Positions 49,347-60,375 of a DNA stretch of 64,000 bases are shown piece after piece. Under the pieces are notes generated by a model. The model made no database searches, was not told the DNA's origin, and was given only the letters and a program-made list of their open reading frames with translations. The first letter of the stretch is position 1. Every line of letters begins with the position of its first letter. Position numbers and translations under genes: made by a program. The stretch is from Candidatus Woesearchaeota archaeon (lineage in GTDB: Archaea > Nanobdellota > Nanobdellia > Woesearchaeales > JABGXB01): NCBI GenBank assembly GCA_018675975.1, contig JABGXB010000003.1, positions 267,821-331,820 of the forward strand. Reading direction: 5' to 3'.

Positions 49347-52064
49347 ATGAAAAATCTAATTTTATTAATATTGACAGGCCAAAAAAACATAATTAAAGTA
49401 GTGATAATACTAGCATTTTTGATGAGTATAGTGATTTTTTTAAATTACAGTCCATCATTAACAGGAAATTTAGTATATGACTCTAAAGCTTTGTTTAATG
49501 AATTTTTAGATGTTGAAATTTTAATTGGAGATAAAATAAATAAATTAACAGATCATATTGAAATAATTTTTGATGATGATATAGTGTTTAAAGGCAGTGT
49601 TCAAAATTTATTTGATGTTAAAGTAATTGTTGGAAGTAATAATTTATCAAGTTTTGAAGAAATAAAAGATTATACATTTAAAAATAATTTAAAAGGAAAT
49701 ATTTTAATTAAACCAGACTTAATAATTACATTAAATATCACAGGAAACAAAACTACAGCTCTTGATCAAAACAATTTAACTCTAACAAACATTACTTATT
49801 TTTTAAATTATAATGGAAGTCAATTAAATTTAGAGGAAAATGAATTTCAAATCATTGAAAATTATAAAAATCTTAATTCAAATTTAACTATTAATGAATA
49901 TTTAAATCAAACGAATAATACATTAAACGAACAAATATTAAATATAGTAAATCAAAATGAATTTAGTTTATCTAATCAAAGTAATTCTTTTAATATTATA
50001 GTACCAGCATCAATTATACAACAAAAATATAATAATATAATAAATATAAGTGAAAATAGTAATTTAAACAATTTAGTAAATGTAAGTATTGATGAATATG
50101 ATTGGAATATAACAAAATTATCGCATACAATTGAATCTAATAATGATAATATTATTTTAGGTAACTTAAAAATACAAGAAATTTATTTTGATTCAGTAAA
50201 TCCATCAATTGTATTTAATAATAATACAATCAATATAAATGAAAATAAAATTAGTGCAGAGTTTATACTAACTTTAGATGACGTTCAATTAAAATTTGCA
50301 AATTTAAAAAATATTGAAAATACAGTGAATTATTCTAATGATATAATAAGTAATTTATTAGAAAACAATTTGAACTGGTATGAAATTAGTCAAATTAATG
50401 GTGAATTTATTTCAGAGGATACAAATTTAGATTATGAAGTTCAAAAAATAAATGATTTTGATTATATAATTAATGGAACTAAAGACACATTATTTTTTGA
50501 TTTTTCAAATTTAAGTATTAATACAAGAGAATTTGACTATAAAAGTAATTCAGACACATTAGGTAAAAAGAATTTCACATTAAAAGTTACTATTGATAAA
50601 AATACTAAACAATATGATTATACAATTGACTTAGCCACATCATGTCAAGAAAATTGGGTTTGCAAACCAGGAACTTGTTTAGCTGACAATACACAAAAGA
50701 ATAATTGTATTGACGAGAATGGATGCGGTACACAATTTTTAAAACCAGTTGAAACCAAAGCCTGTGTTTATAGTTGTACTCAAAATTGGAATTGTACTGA
50801 ATTTAGTCAATGTAATGAATTAAATTTTCAATTTAGAGTTTGTACTGATAAAAATAATTGTCAAAAATATAATAATACTGCAACTAAACTAATTGAAAAA
50901 GAAAAATTAAGTGAAATTCAAAGTTGTAAAGATAATTGTAATGAAGACTGGAGATGTACATCTTGGTCTTCCTGTTCTAAAGATCAAATATATAGAAGTT
51001 GTACTGATAAAAATACATGTGGAAGTGAAATATTAAAACCCAAAGTCGAAGCAAGTTGTAATGAAATAGTCGATGATCAATATTTAAAAATTTATGAAAA
51101 ATTCTTAGAATCTGAAAATTATGTTAATTTATTAAATCCAAAAAAAAATGAAAAAACAGCAAAAAATACATTGATTGAAAAAAAAGAAGAAAAAAAAGAA
51201 ACGAAAACAGAAAATAGATTAGTTGGTTTTTCAATAAAAGAAGAAGATAATTCAACATCTAGCGGAAAAATTATTATTTTTGTATTAATTGCAATGGGAG
51301 TATTATCATTTACATTTAATGAAAGGGGAAATATAAAACAATTTGTTGGTGAAAGTAATAAAAAAGAATATTTTAAAAATTATTTGAATATTAAAAAACA
51401 AAAAGTTTTACAATTATTTAATAGAAATAATGATGAAAATAATCAAAACAATCAAGAGAATAATCAATTTAATAATTTAAGTTATAATTATTCAAACAAT
51501 ATACAAAGTTCTAATATGGATAATAATGTTAATAATAATGATACAAATAACAATTCAGACAATCAAAATAATTTTAATCAAAATATAAAAATTAATAATT
51601 ATAATCCGAATAATCAATCTCAACAATTAAATTCATACTTAAATTATTATCAAAAATTAGGATATAATGATTATCAAATTAAAAGTTTTTTAATGCAAAA
51701 AGGATACAATTTAAGTCAAATAAATGGTTCATTTAATAGTCAATTAGGTCAAAATAATAATGAGAATAATAATATAAAAAAAGAATTTCATTTTGCAACA
51801 GCCGAGAGTAATAAAAAAACTCATCAAATTACAGTTAATAAAAATATATTTAATAATGCATTAGGGCTATTAAAAAATGATTTTGGAATTGCAAAAGCAC
51901 CAACATCTTTAGTTGCAAAAAGAAATTTTTCATTTACTATATCTCTTATTGAAAAAAATGTAGATGAAAATACTATAATTGAAATATTAAAAAAAAAAGA
52001 CATTAGTGAATCAAATGCATTAGAATTAATTGATAGAGCTAAAGAAAAATTAAATAAATTCTAA
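49347..52064 (+). CDS. large membrane-anchored surface protein: sequon-rich ectodomain, three Cys-rich repeats, TM helix, N/Q-rich tail
   Basis: 905 aa; N-terminal TM/signal anchor; three repeats of about 45 aa of the pattern C..NW.C......C......R.C.D.N.CG....KP.....C; TM IIIFVLIAMGVLSFTF; then a prion-like N/Q-rich region. Confidence 0.6.
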   Translation: MKNLILLILTGQKNIIKVVIILAFLMSIVIFLNYSPSLTGNLVYDSKALFNEFLDVEILIGDKINKLTDHIEIIFDDDIVFKGSVQNLFDVKVIVGSNNLSSFEEIKDYTFKNNLKGNILIKPDLIITLNITGNKTTALDQNNLTLTNITYFLNYNGSQLNLEENEFQIIENYKNLNSNLTINEYLNQTNNTLNEQILNIVNQNEFSLSNQSNSFNIIVPASIIQQKYNNIINISENSNLNNLVNVSIDEYDWNITKLSHTIESNNDNIILGNLKIQEIYFDSVNPSIVFNNNTININENKISAEFILTLDDVQLKFANLKNIENTVNYSNDIISNLLENNLNWYEISQINGEFISEDTNLDYEVQKINDFDYIINGTKDTLFFDFSNLSINTREFDYKSNSDTLGKKNFTLKVTIDKNTKQYDYTIDLATSCQENWVCKPGTCLADNTQKNNCIDENGCGTQFLKPVETKACVYSCTQNWNCTEFSQCNELNFQFRVCTDKNNCQKYNNTATKLIEKEKLSEIQSCKDNCNEDWRCTSWSSCSKDQIYRSCTDKNTCGSEILKPKVEASCNEIVDDQYLKIYEKFLESENYVNLLNPKKNEKTAKNTLIEKKEEKKETKTENRLVGFSIKEEDNSTSSGKIIIFVLIAMGVLSFTFNERGNIKQFVGESNKKEYFKNYLNIKKQKVLQLFNRNNDENNQNNQENNQFNNLSYNYSNNIQSSNMDNNVNNNDTNNNSDNQNNFNQNIKINNYNPNNQSQQLNSYLNYYQKLGYNDYQIKSFLMQKGYNLSQINGSFNSQLGQNNNENNNIKKEFHFATAESNKKTHQITVNKNIFNNALGLLKNDFGIAKAPTSLVAKRNFSFTISLIEKNVDENTIIEILKKKDISESNALELIDRAKEKLNKF

Positions 52065-52777
52065 TTCCATATTGCAATCAAACAAACATTTTTATTAAGA
52101 AATATTTTTTTACTATTTTTAAATTGCTTTAAATTATTAACTTCAATTTCAAAATCAAACATTGATAATTTTTTGGAATTTAAAATATATATCAAACCTC
52201 TATATCCTGGATTTGTAACAATAGAATTTTTTAATTGATCATGTAATTCTTCACCTTCATGAATATGTCCAGAAAATGATATTTCAATATTATTATTTGA
52301 TATAAAATTTGAAAAATCTTTATTACCAACATAATTTGTAATTTTAATATCAAGTAATGTACCAAATGGAGGTCCATGTATCATTAATACTTCATATAAT
52401 TTTTTTTTATTTTTTTTTATTTCTAAATTCGCAAATTTTAAAAATTCAGCATCTTTTTGTGCAAACCCACCACCACCATAACCAATAATAAACAAATCTT
52501 TGAATATTACTGATTTTTTATGAATAAAAATTAAATTTTTAAAATCTTTAATATCATTTTTAGCAGTATTTAACATTTCATGATTACCATGAATAATATA
52601 AGTTTTAACACTATAATCATTTAAAATTTTTAATGATTCTTTGCTTCCTTGACCAAACCAAGAATAGTCCCCACAACATAAACAAACTTCAGCACCATAT
52701 TTTTTAATTAATTTCCCTGCCGTTTTCATTGCATCAATTTCTACATGCATATCAGTTATTGCATAAATAATTCTCAT
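52061..52777 (-). CDS. calcineurin-like metallophosphoesterase
   Basis: 238 aa; GDYSW (GD motif), IIHGNHE (GNHE motif), SGHIHEG (GH motif). Confidence 0.7.
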   Translation of the reverse strand: MRIIYAITDMHVEIDAMKTAGKLIKKYGAEVCLCCGDYSWFGQGSKESLKILNDYSVKTYIIHGNHEMLNTAKNDIKDFKNLIFIHKKSVIFKDLFIIGYGGGGFAQKDAEFLKFANLEIKKNKKKLYEVLMIHGPPFGTLLDIKITNYVGNKDFSNFISNNNIEISFSGHIHEGEELHDQLKNSIVTNPGYRGLIYILNSKKLSMFDFEIEVNNLKQFKNSKKIFLNKNVCLIAIWN

Positions 52778-52795
52778 ATCACTATTATAATAAAA

Positions 52796-53125
52796 TTATT
52801 TATAAGGTTTATCCGAATAATAAGAAAAATCATTATTCGTACTATTTTTACTTTTCACATTTGAATAATGATCCAATATTTCATTTAATGATTTATTTAA
52901 ATCACTATTATTACTTTCTTGATTTAATTTTTTAGATTCAATTAAATCATTAATACTAATATCATTTTTTTTATATTCTATAATTTCTTTTATTGAGTAA
53001 ACAATAGTTTTTTCTACTAGTTTATATATAAAATCCTCAATTAAATAATTAAAAGTTAGATGAGTAAAAATAGATGCTGATATTAAACCAGTAACTATTT
53101 TTACCTTTTTACCATTTAACTTCAT
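52796..53125 (-). CDS. hypothetical small membrane protein
   Basis: 109 aa; one N-terminal TM helix. Confidence 0.35.
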   Translation of the reverse strand: MKLNGKKVKIVTGLISASIFTHLTFNYLIEDFIYKLVEKTIVYSIKEIIEYKKNDISINDLIESKKLNQESNNSDLNKSLNEILDHYSNVKSKNSTNNDFSYYSDKPYK

Positions 53126-53600
53126 TTTCTATCAATAATCCAGATATTAAATCAGGATTTGAAAAAAAATCTTCCTTTTTTATATCACCCATTAAATAAA
53201 ATACTTCTTTTTTTTTTATTTTTGTATTTAATTCTAATTTTTCTATAAAATCCTCTAATGCATTCATATCCTTACAAATAATTTCTAATGTAACATCATA
53301 TCCATTATTTATTCTAGATAAAGAATTTACAAAAATGCTTTTAGTCAAATAATTCAAACCTTCATTTTTATTTTCAGGCTTAAATTTAATTAATAGCATT
53401 GCCTTAATATTAAAGCCTATATAAGAGAAATCTACTATACAGGTATGTTTTAGTATAAATTTACTAAAATTATTACGTAAAGACTCAAAAATGGTTGATA
53501 CAGGCACATGAGTCTTCCTAGATAGATTAGTTAATTTCTCTCTATTGTTTTTCCTCAATAAAGCTAATAGTTTTAGTTTTTTTTGATCCATTGTTATCAC
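53109..53600 (-). CDS. Lrp/AsnC family transcriptional regulator
   Basis: 163 aa; N-terminal HTH_AsnC-type MDQKKLKLLALLRKNNREKLTNLSRKTHVPVSTIFESLRN followed by a RAM-like domain. Confidence 0.6.
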   Translation of the reverse strand: MITMDQKKLKLLALLRKNNREKLTNLSRKTHVPVSTIFESLRNNFSKFILKHTCIVDFSYIGFNIKAMLLIKFKPENKNEGLNYLTKSIFVNSLSRINNGYDVTLEIICKDMNALEDFIEKLELNTKIKKKEVFYLMGDIKKEDFFSNPDLISGLLIENEVKW

Positions 53601-53706
53601 AATATCCCTTAAGCAATACTTTGCTATATATTTAGGTAAATAAAGAATTCTTATAATAATTTAATCAGCTGAATTTATTTTCAGCAAAATATTTAAACTA
53701 GATTTA

Positions 53707-54375
53707 TTGACTAAAATTATGTTAGAAGAATTTAATGATCAAATACCGTTTTATAATTATTTAGATATAATAAAAGAATATTATGATAATGATTTTGAAA
53801 AAGAATTTGTAAATAAAAAATCTAAAGAATTAAATAAATTATATGGAACTAAAAAAATTGAATTACCTTTAAATTTAATTAAGCAAAATAAACTTTATAT
53901 TTTTCAAAATAGTAATTTAGAATTAATATTTTTAGAATTATTAAAAAATCATTTAAACAAAGTAAAAATTGTAGTTGAAATTAATAAACAAGAAATTGCA
54001 TATTTACAAGGATTTTTATCTAATTATTCTATTGAAAAAATATGTAAAATATTATCATTTGGAGATGAACTACAATATTCAAGAGTATTAGATTTAGCAA
54101 AATATGGACATTTCCCTCAAATTAATTTAGTTATTGATTTAGATTATTCAAAAGTAGTAGATTTTTTTAAAATAATAAATTTACTATATTTATTAGGTGC
54201 AAATACATCTTTTGGTTTTTACGAGGATAAAAAGAAAATTGCTATTATAGACTACTCTTATACATTAATATTTAATACAGATTTTTTTAATAAAAATATT
54301 TTAAATAAAGTAATTAATAATATAAAAAATAAAATACCAAAATTTCCAATAAATTTATTTGGACATGAAGAATAA
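53707..54375 (+). CDS. hypothetical protein
   Basis: 222 aa ORF; no motif. Confidence 0.4.
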   Translation: MTKIMLEEFNDQIPFYNYLDIIKEYYDNDFEKEFVNKKSKELNKLYGTKKIELPLNLIKQNKLYIFQNSNLELIFLELLKNHLNKVKIVVEINKQEIAYLQGFLSNYSIEKICKILSFGDELQYSRVLDLAKYGHFPQINLVIDLDYSKVVDFFKIINLLYLLGANTSFGFYEDKKKIAIIDYSYTLIFNTDFFNKNILNKVINNIKNKIPKFPINLFGHEE

Positions 54376-55006
54376 AATGAAAATCCATATTGGAAGTAAT
54401 AATAATAATTTAGCAAAAGATTTTATTGAAATAGATTCAACATTTGAAAGATTAAGCCCAATTAATTATTATAAAAAAATAATAAATTCCAATCCTAATA
54501 AAAAATTTATAATAAAAGCAAATAAAGAAATAACACATTTTAATTTTATAAAAAATTTATCATTTGTAGATTCTCAAGAAGAAATCATATTAGATAAAAA
54601 AGGACCAAGTTCAATATTATTACATAAATTTAAACAAATATGTGATTTATTTAATGACAAATTATTATTTATATTATTTAAATTCCCTTATGGTTTTAAA
54701 AACACATTTCAAAATAGAGAGTTTTTATTTAAATTAAATAAAATATTCAATACACCAATAGCATTTGAATTTGAAAATAAAGAATTTGAAAATTATTATA
54801 ATGAATTTAATCAACTCAATATAATAATAGTAAATAAAAATTCAAACATTTGTGGAAATTTTATTCAAAATTTAGATATCCATAATATGAATTATAAAAC
54901 TAATTTAAATAATCTATATTTGATGATAAATAGTCAAGAAGAATTAAATATTGCCACAAAAATAATTGAAAAATACAAAAATCAAAGCACTATTAGCAAT
55001 TTTTGA
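54359..55006 (+). CDS. hypothetical protein
   Basis: 215 aa ORF; overlaps the previous gene by 17 nt. Confidence 0.4.
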   Translation: MDMKNKMKIHIGSNNNNLAKDFIEIDSTFERLSPINYYKKIINSNPNKKFIIKANKEITHFNFIKNLSFVDSQEEIILDKKGPSSILLHKFKQICDLFNDKLLFILFKFPYGFKNTFQNREFLFKLNKIFNTPIAFEFENKEFENYYNEFNQLNIIIVNKNSNICGNFIQNLDIHNMNYKTNLNNLYLMINSQEELNIATKIIEKYKNQSTISNF

Positions 55007-55064
55007 TTTAAAAAAATAAAAATAATCAAAACACTTAAAAACCACATAATTTTTTGTCAATTAA

Positions 55065-55137
55065 AGTCCCGTAGTGTAGTGGCCTATCATCGTGCCCTTT
55101 GGAGGCGCGGACCCCGGTTCAAATCCGGGCGGGACTA
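55065..55137 (+). tRNA. tRNA-Gln (TTG)
   Basis: Acceptor agtcccg/cgggact, U8, anticodon stem gtgcc/ggcgc with loop ctTTGga, T-arm cccgg ttcaaat ccggg; no CCA. Confidence 0.75.
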
Positions 55138-55263
55138 CTTTTTATTCTCAAATAATTTTCCAGAAACATATTGGAAATACTTATAAATAAAAAATTATTT
55201 CAAATAGTGATATCACCACTAAATGGGTACGATATGATGGAAACAATAAACTTGAATTAAAAA

Positions 55264-56763
55264 ATGAATAAATTATACTCAGCAATATTTGCAGTGTCCA
55301 GATCTACAAATTTGGATACTATTTTAGATTCTACTAGAAGATGGATTGCAAACAGTCCACACAATAATATTACAATTGATAGATTAAAAGATTTAGGAAG
55401 AGACGACTTTTTTGTAGAAGATGAAATAGATGATAGAACAATAACTATAACATCACAAAATATTATGAGCGATCAAGAATATTACACTTCATCCAAGCAA
55501 AGAGTTGCAAATAGTGTTGGTACATATACATCAGAATTAACACTTAAAGAATCTTATGGATTAGACACTATTGTTTCTTTACAAATTTATTTTGAAGGAA
55601 ATGTTATAAAACCATTTTTCAAACCAAGTCTATTGCCTTATTTTATCCTTAAGGATTCAAAAAAAGCATTTGATGGTAAAATTCTTAATATTCAAGGTGA
55701 ATATCATTTGTCTAAAAAAGGAAGTGAAAAATTTTTAGCCGAAGTATTAAATAATGAAAGTGAAAATAAATTGCCAGTGATATATGTTAGTAAAAATGAT
55801 CAAAATGAATGGGAACTAAATCCAACTTATTTAGCAAAAACTTTATCTGGTTTAGCACATGTAATTTGTGAAGATGATAAAGACTCAAAATTTATTTTAA
55901 AAGAATTATGTGATGGAAATAATTGTTATGATGGTGCTGTTGGAGTTTATAATCCAAACGGTATGCGTTTATTTTTTTTAAAAGATAATGATTACAGTCA
56001 CATTCTTGGAGACGTAACAAAAGAATTAAATTTTGAAGATAAAATTATTCACTATATTAATTCATTATCCAAATATAAAACAACACCAACTAATTTAACA
56101 TATTCAGCAGTTAATAGAATACAACAAGCAGAAAGAATAAATTTTTTAAAAAATGAACTCGCCAATAGAAAAGGTAATGAAAAAAATGAAAATATATTTG
56201 AAGAATTGTGTGTTTTATTAGAAAAAGATAAAGAAGTTTTAATCAGAGATAATGATGCAACATTAGATGAACTTCAAGAAAGATTAGATGAATGTCAATC
56301 TTTAAGATCTAAAATTGAATTTCTATCACAACAACAAAATCAAAATGGAACTCCATCTGAATTTTTTGGTAATATGAGTGATATTCAAAGACTTCACCCT
56401 GAAGAATTTAATGACTATATAATTAGTTTAGTAAAAAAAGATTATGAAAGTATTAAAACTCAAGATGACACAAGAAAAATACAATTTACTAAAAGATTTT
56501 TAGAAGAAAACCCAAGATCTGGTAATACCCCATTAGAAGAAATAAGAAAAAGTTTATCTCAAATTAATGGTAAAACTATTGCTAAAAGTGATTTAAATTT
56601 TTTAAATCAATTTGGATTTATTGTTGGTCAAGGATCAAATCATTATAAAATAACCATCCCAGGTTATAGTGGTTTTTGGACAATGCCAAGTACTCCAAGT
56701 GATAAAAGATCATTAAAAAATAATTTATCTGGTTTTATTAATAAATTCTTTTTATCTAAATAA
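55264..56763 (+). CDS. hypothetical protein (unknown N- and C-terminal domains separated by a coiled coil), adjacent to tRNA-Gln
   Basis: 499 aa ORF; central predicted coiled coil (ERINFLKNELANRKG...LDELQERLDECQSLRSKIEFL); no recognised family. Confidence 0.5.
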   Translation: MNKLYSAIFAVSRSTNLDTILDSTRRWIANSPHNNITIDRLKDLGRDDFFVEDEIDDRTITITSQNIMSDQEYYTSSKQRVANSVGTYTSELTLKESYGLDTIVSLQIYFEGNVIKPFFKPSLLPYFILKDSKKAFDGKILNIQGEYHLSKKGSEKFLAEVLNNESENKLPVIYVSKNDQNEWELNPTYLAKTLSGLAHVICEDDKDSKFILKELCDGNNCYDGAVGVYNPNGMRLFFLKDNDYSHILGDVTKELNFEDKIIHYINSLSKYKTTPTNLTYSAVNRIQQAERINFLKNELANRKGNEKNENIFEELCVLLEKDKEVLIRDNDATLDELQERLDECQSLRSKIEFLSQQQNQNGTPSEFFGNMSDIQRLHPEEFNDYIISLVKKDYESIKTQDDTRKIQFTKRFLEENPRSGNTPLEEIRKSLSQINGKTIAKSDLNFLNQFGFIVGQGSNHYKITIPGYSGFWTMPSTPSDKRSLKNNLSGFINKFFLSK

Positions 56764-56783
56764 ACAAAAAAATAAATAAAAAA

Positions 56784-57479
56784 TTAATCATTGTTTTTTA
56801 TAATTTCAAAATCTCTCAAATTCTTATCATAAAAAATTGAAGATCCTTTAGCAAGTGCATGATAAGGAAAACTACACCCTCCTAAAAATGAAACCTCTAA
56901 ATCTCCTTCAGTTCCTTTTTCCATTATTTCGTTTAAACCAGAATTATTGCAAACACCAGTAAAAACAGGATTAACATCTTTACGCATATTTGATCTATAA
57001 GTATTTAATATTTCAATTGCAGCAGTACTTTTTTTAACACTTTTTGCTAAACTAAATAATAATTGACCACCTTCTGTAGAAACTAAATAAATATCACCCG
57101 GAGTGGATCTATATTTTAATGATCCTAATACAAAATGTTCATTTAAAATAGCAGAAGAATCCAAACCTGGAAAATTCATCATAAAAGAATCAATTTCTTG
57201 TTCTCCTAACAAGTCATCAAAATCTTTAACATTTTTAGTCTTCCCAACTAAAGAGTAAGAATTCAATCCATTATGTGAACTTAATAATTGTAAATTATTT
57301 CTTTCTAAAGTTTCATCAGTAATTCCTTTTATTACTAAATCTTTAGCTATTCTTGCACAAGGAGTTATGTATTTTTCAACACTTCCATCTAGTTTTGGCA
57401 CCATAACCAAGGAATCAACCATCATTCCTACTGTCTCATCCTCAAACCTATGACTATATAATATTAAATCTCTTTTCAT
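56784..57479 (-). CDS. hypothetical protein
   Basis: 231 aa ORF; Gly-rich motifs (STEGGQLLFSLAKS, FLGGCSFPYHALAKG); family not recognised. Confidence 0.45.
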   Translation of the reverse strand: MKRDLILYSHRFEDETVGMMVDSLVMVPKLDGSVEKYITPCARIAKDLVIKGITDETLERNNLQLLSSHNGLNSYSLVGKTKNVKDFDDLLGEQEIDSFMMNFPGLDSSAILNEHFVLGSLKYRSTPGDIYLVSTEGGQLLFSLAKSVKKSTAAIEILNTYRSNMRKDVNPVFTGVCNNSGLNEIMEKGTEGDLEVSFLGGCSFPYHALAKGSSIFYDKNLRDFEIIKNND

Positions 57480-57618
57480 TGTAAAAAAAATAAAGATATC
57501 TCATTGATAAAATAAATCGATTTTTTAATATAAATTAATTCAAAAATACCAATTAAAACTATAGTTTACAAAATATATTCATTTATAAAACAAAAAAATC
57601 ACTAAAAAGTGGTTACAA

Positions 57619-59049
57619 ATGATAAAAACTAATATTGGAATAAGCACATTTAATGATATGGATATTAGTCTTGAATCTAAAGAAACAAGAGAAAATAGTA
57701 ATTTAGAAGCAACCTTAGAACAAGTAGAAGTTAATGAACTTGATTCTCAAAAAGAAATTGAAGAATATAAACAAGAAATTACTAATTTTTTACCACAATT
57801 ATATGAAATTTTATTTGAAAATGGTAGAATTAAAGATAGTATGAAATCATTTAATGAAATAGAATTAAGTGATTTAGAAAATGAATTAAATTCACGTGAA
57901 ATTGATCCACAAAAAGAATCAAGAAGATCATTGACATTGAAACAATTAGTTAATTACACTAGGTCAAATTTAAAAGTTGATTATAAAGATGAATATAATC
58001 AAAAAAATGTTATTATTATTGACTATTTCGGAACTAAAATTGCATTAGATGATTCATTTTTAAAAATATTTCAAAAAAATAAAAGCAAATTAAAAATTAA
58101 AGATCTTAATCAAAAGAATATAGAAGACTTAAAAAAACAAATTAGTGAAATAGAAAAAAAATATGAACATCTTAAACCAGAAAGTAAAAAAAAAGAAAGT
58201 AAAATAAATTTTAAAAAATTGGCAACTATTGCAGCTACAACAGCAACAATATGTATGGGATCATATTTAACATTATATGGAATAATACATTATAATAGTA
58301 TAAATGAAGAACAAAGAATTATTAGTCAAAATGAATTATTCTTAAGCCCACGTAAAAACTTTCAAAGAAGTATAAAAAATAAAAAAACTAAAATTGATAA
58401 TTTTTTATTATATGAAACTACCGATTTTGGACAATTATCAAATTCTAAATTGCGTGAGTTAGATAATATAGATTTTAATCAAATGTTTTCAATTGATAAA
58501 AATAAATATCAAAATATACCTGAAAGATTATTAGAAAAAAAAATCAAAGAATTTTCACAATATGAAAATGAATTTGTTTTAGCTATAAAAAATATTTGTA
58601 AAAAAATTGCAAAGTCTATTGATGAATTTAATAATCAATATAAAAATAATACATTTAAAATAGAAAAACAATTAGCTCAAAAAATATCAGAAGATGTTAA
58701 ACAAAATAATAGATCATTACCAAGTATAATGTACACATTTTTAACAGAAAAAAATGTTTCTTTGTATATTAAAAATAGAGTTAAGAACAAAAATTCCGAA
58801 ATATTAAATTATAAAAGAGTAACCAACCCAAATAAATTACAAATTAATTATCTAATGGAAATGACTTTAAATTCTTATTTTACTAATGGAATTGAAACTG
58901 CAATAAAAACACAACTTGGAGTGGATTCATATTTGGATTATTTAGATAGTAAAAATCAAGATGAAATAAAATTAAAGGCACCAAAAACATTAACTCATTT
59001 AATTCAAAAAATAAATCAATTTATAATACATAAAAACAAAAATTTTTAA
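57619..59049 (+). CDS. hypothetical protein with coiled-coil regions and one internal TM helix
   Basis: 476 aa; TM LATIAATTATICMGSYLTLYGIIHY. Confidence 0.45.
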   Translation: MIKTNIGISTFNDMDISLESKETRENSNLEATLEQVEVNELDSQKEIEEYKQEITNFLPQLYEILFENGRIKDSMKSFNEIELSDLENELNSREIDPQKESRRSLTLKQLVNYTRSNLKVDYKDEYNQKNVIIIDYFGTKIALDDSFLKIFQKNKSKLKIKDLNQKNIEDLKKQISEIEKKYEHLKPESKKKESKINFKKLATIAATTATICMGSYLTLYGIIHYNSINEEQRIISQNELFLSPRKNFQRSIKNKKTKIDNFLLYETTDFGQLSNSKLRELDNIDFNQMFSIDKNKYQNIPERLLEKKIKEFSQYENEFVLAIKNICKKIAKSIDEFNNQYKNNTFKIEKQLAQKISEDVKQNNRSLPSIMYTFLTEKNVSLYIKNRVKNKNSEILNYKRVTNPNKLQINYLMEMTLNSYFTNGIETAIKTQLGVDSYLDYLDSKNQDEIKLKAPKTLTHLIQKINQFIIHKNKNF

Positions 59050-59071
59050 AAAAACTTAATTTTAAAATAAT

Positions 59072-60133
59072 ATGAAAATTTGTCCAAAATGTCAAAAAAA
59101 TGAAACAAATAATAAATTTTGTAATTTTTGTTATTCGAATCTATTAAATATAATATTAAAAGAAAAATATGATTTAGAAAAATGTAATGATTGTAAATCT
59201 ATTTTTATTACAAATAAACAATATAAACAAATAAATGAAAAAACTTTTATTGAATTATTATTGGGCCAAATTAGATTTAATAATCAATATAATTTAGATG
59301 TTGAAAATGTAGATGCGGCATATTATAATTATGATAGAAAAGATATTGAATTTGAAATAGAAAATATAAAATTTGTAATCTTAGATATTGATTTAATCAT
59401 AGACATAAAAGAATTTGAAAATATAGAACAAAAAATTAATTTGAAAAAGAAAATTGAATATAAAATAGTTAATAATAAATGTAAAGAATGTCAGAAATTT
59501 GATTCAGAATATTTTGAAGGAATATTACAAGTTAGATTTGATAAAAAAGAATTTAATAATGATTATCAAAATATTAAAGAAAAAATTAAAGAAATTATAA
59601 TTGACTATAGAGCTCAAATTAATAAAATGGTGGAATTAGAAAATGGAATCGATTTTTATGTCCTTAATAAAAAATTATTGCCAAATATGGGTAATTTAAT
59701 ATTAAATAAAATTGTTGGTGAAGAAAAAATTTCAGCAACTTTGTTTTCAAGAAATAATCAAACAAGTAAAGATATATATAGATTAAAATATTTGACAAAA
59801 TTAAAAAATTTATTTTTATTTGATTATATTGAATATAATGGTGAAGTTTATCAAATAATTAAAATTAAGAAAAAGAATTTAATTGCAAAAAATATTATTA
59901 ATAATCAAAATACAAATTTATATAATAATATAGCAGATATAAATAAAATAAATGAATTTTTAGAAGCAGAAGTAATTAGAATACAACCTAATATTCAAAT
60001 ACTCGATCCAATAGATTTTTCTGTTAAAAATATTATTAATGAATCTGAACAAATAAAACAAAAATTAAATTATGATAGTAAAGTAAATATCATTAGATTA
60101 GAAGATAAAATATATATAGTTGACCAAAATTAA
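59072..60133 (+). CDS. NMD3-like protein (possible ribosome biogenesis/export adaptor homologue)
   Basis: 353 aa; N-terminal tandem CxxC pairs (CPKC, CNFC, CNDC, later CKEC) and archaeal NMD3-like length. Confidence 0.35.
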   Translation: MKICPKCQKNETNNKFCNFCYSNLLNIILKEKYDLEKCNDCKSIFITNKQYKQINEKTFIELLLGQIRFNNQYNLDVENVDAAYYNYDRKDIEFEIENIKFVILDIDLIIDIKEFENIEQKINLKKKIEYKIVNNKCKECQKFDSEYFEGILQVRFDKKEFNNDYQNIKEKIKEIIIDYRAQINKMVELENGIDFYVLNKKLLPNMGNLILNKIVGEEKISATLFSRNNQTSKDIYRLKYLTKLKNLFLFDYIEYNGEVYQIIKIKKKNLIAKNIINNQNTNLYNNIADINKINEFLEAEVIRIQPNIQILDPIDFSVKNIINESEQIKQKLNYDSKVNIIRLEDKIYIVDQN

Positions 60134-60375
60134 CCAAAGTCAAAAGAGATAATTTTACAATCAATAGGAATTATATATATTGAATTGGAACAAAGTTTTA
60201 TATACATATTTAAAAAAATAAAAATATGGAAAAATATGGTATTTTTTATGATCAAATTAAAATTGATAGAATAAAAAATATGAAACAAGAAGAAAATCAT
60301 AATTTTAAAATTCCATTAAGTAAATATTTTATTTATATTTTAATATATATTATCCTAATAATATTAATAAATATT

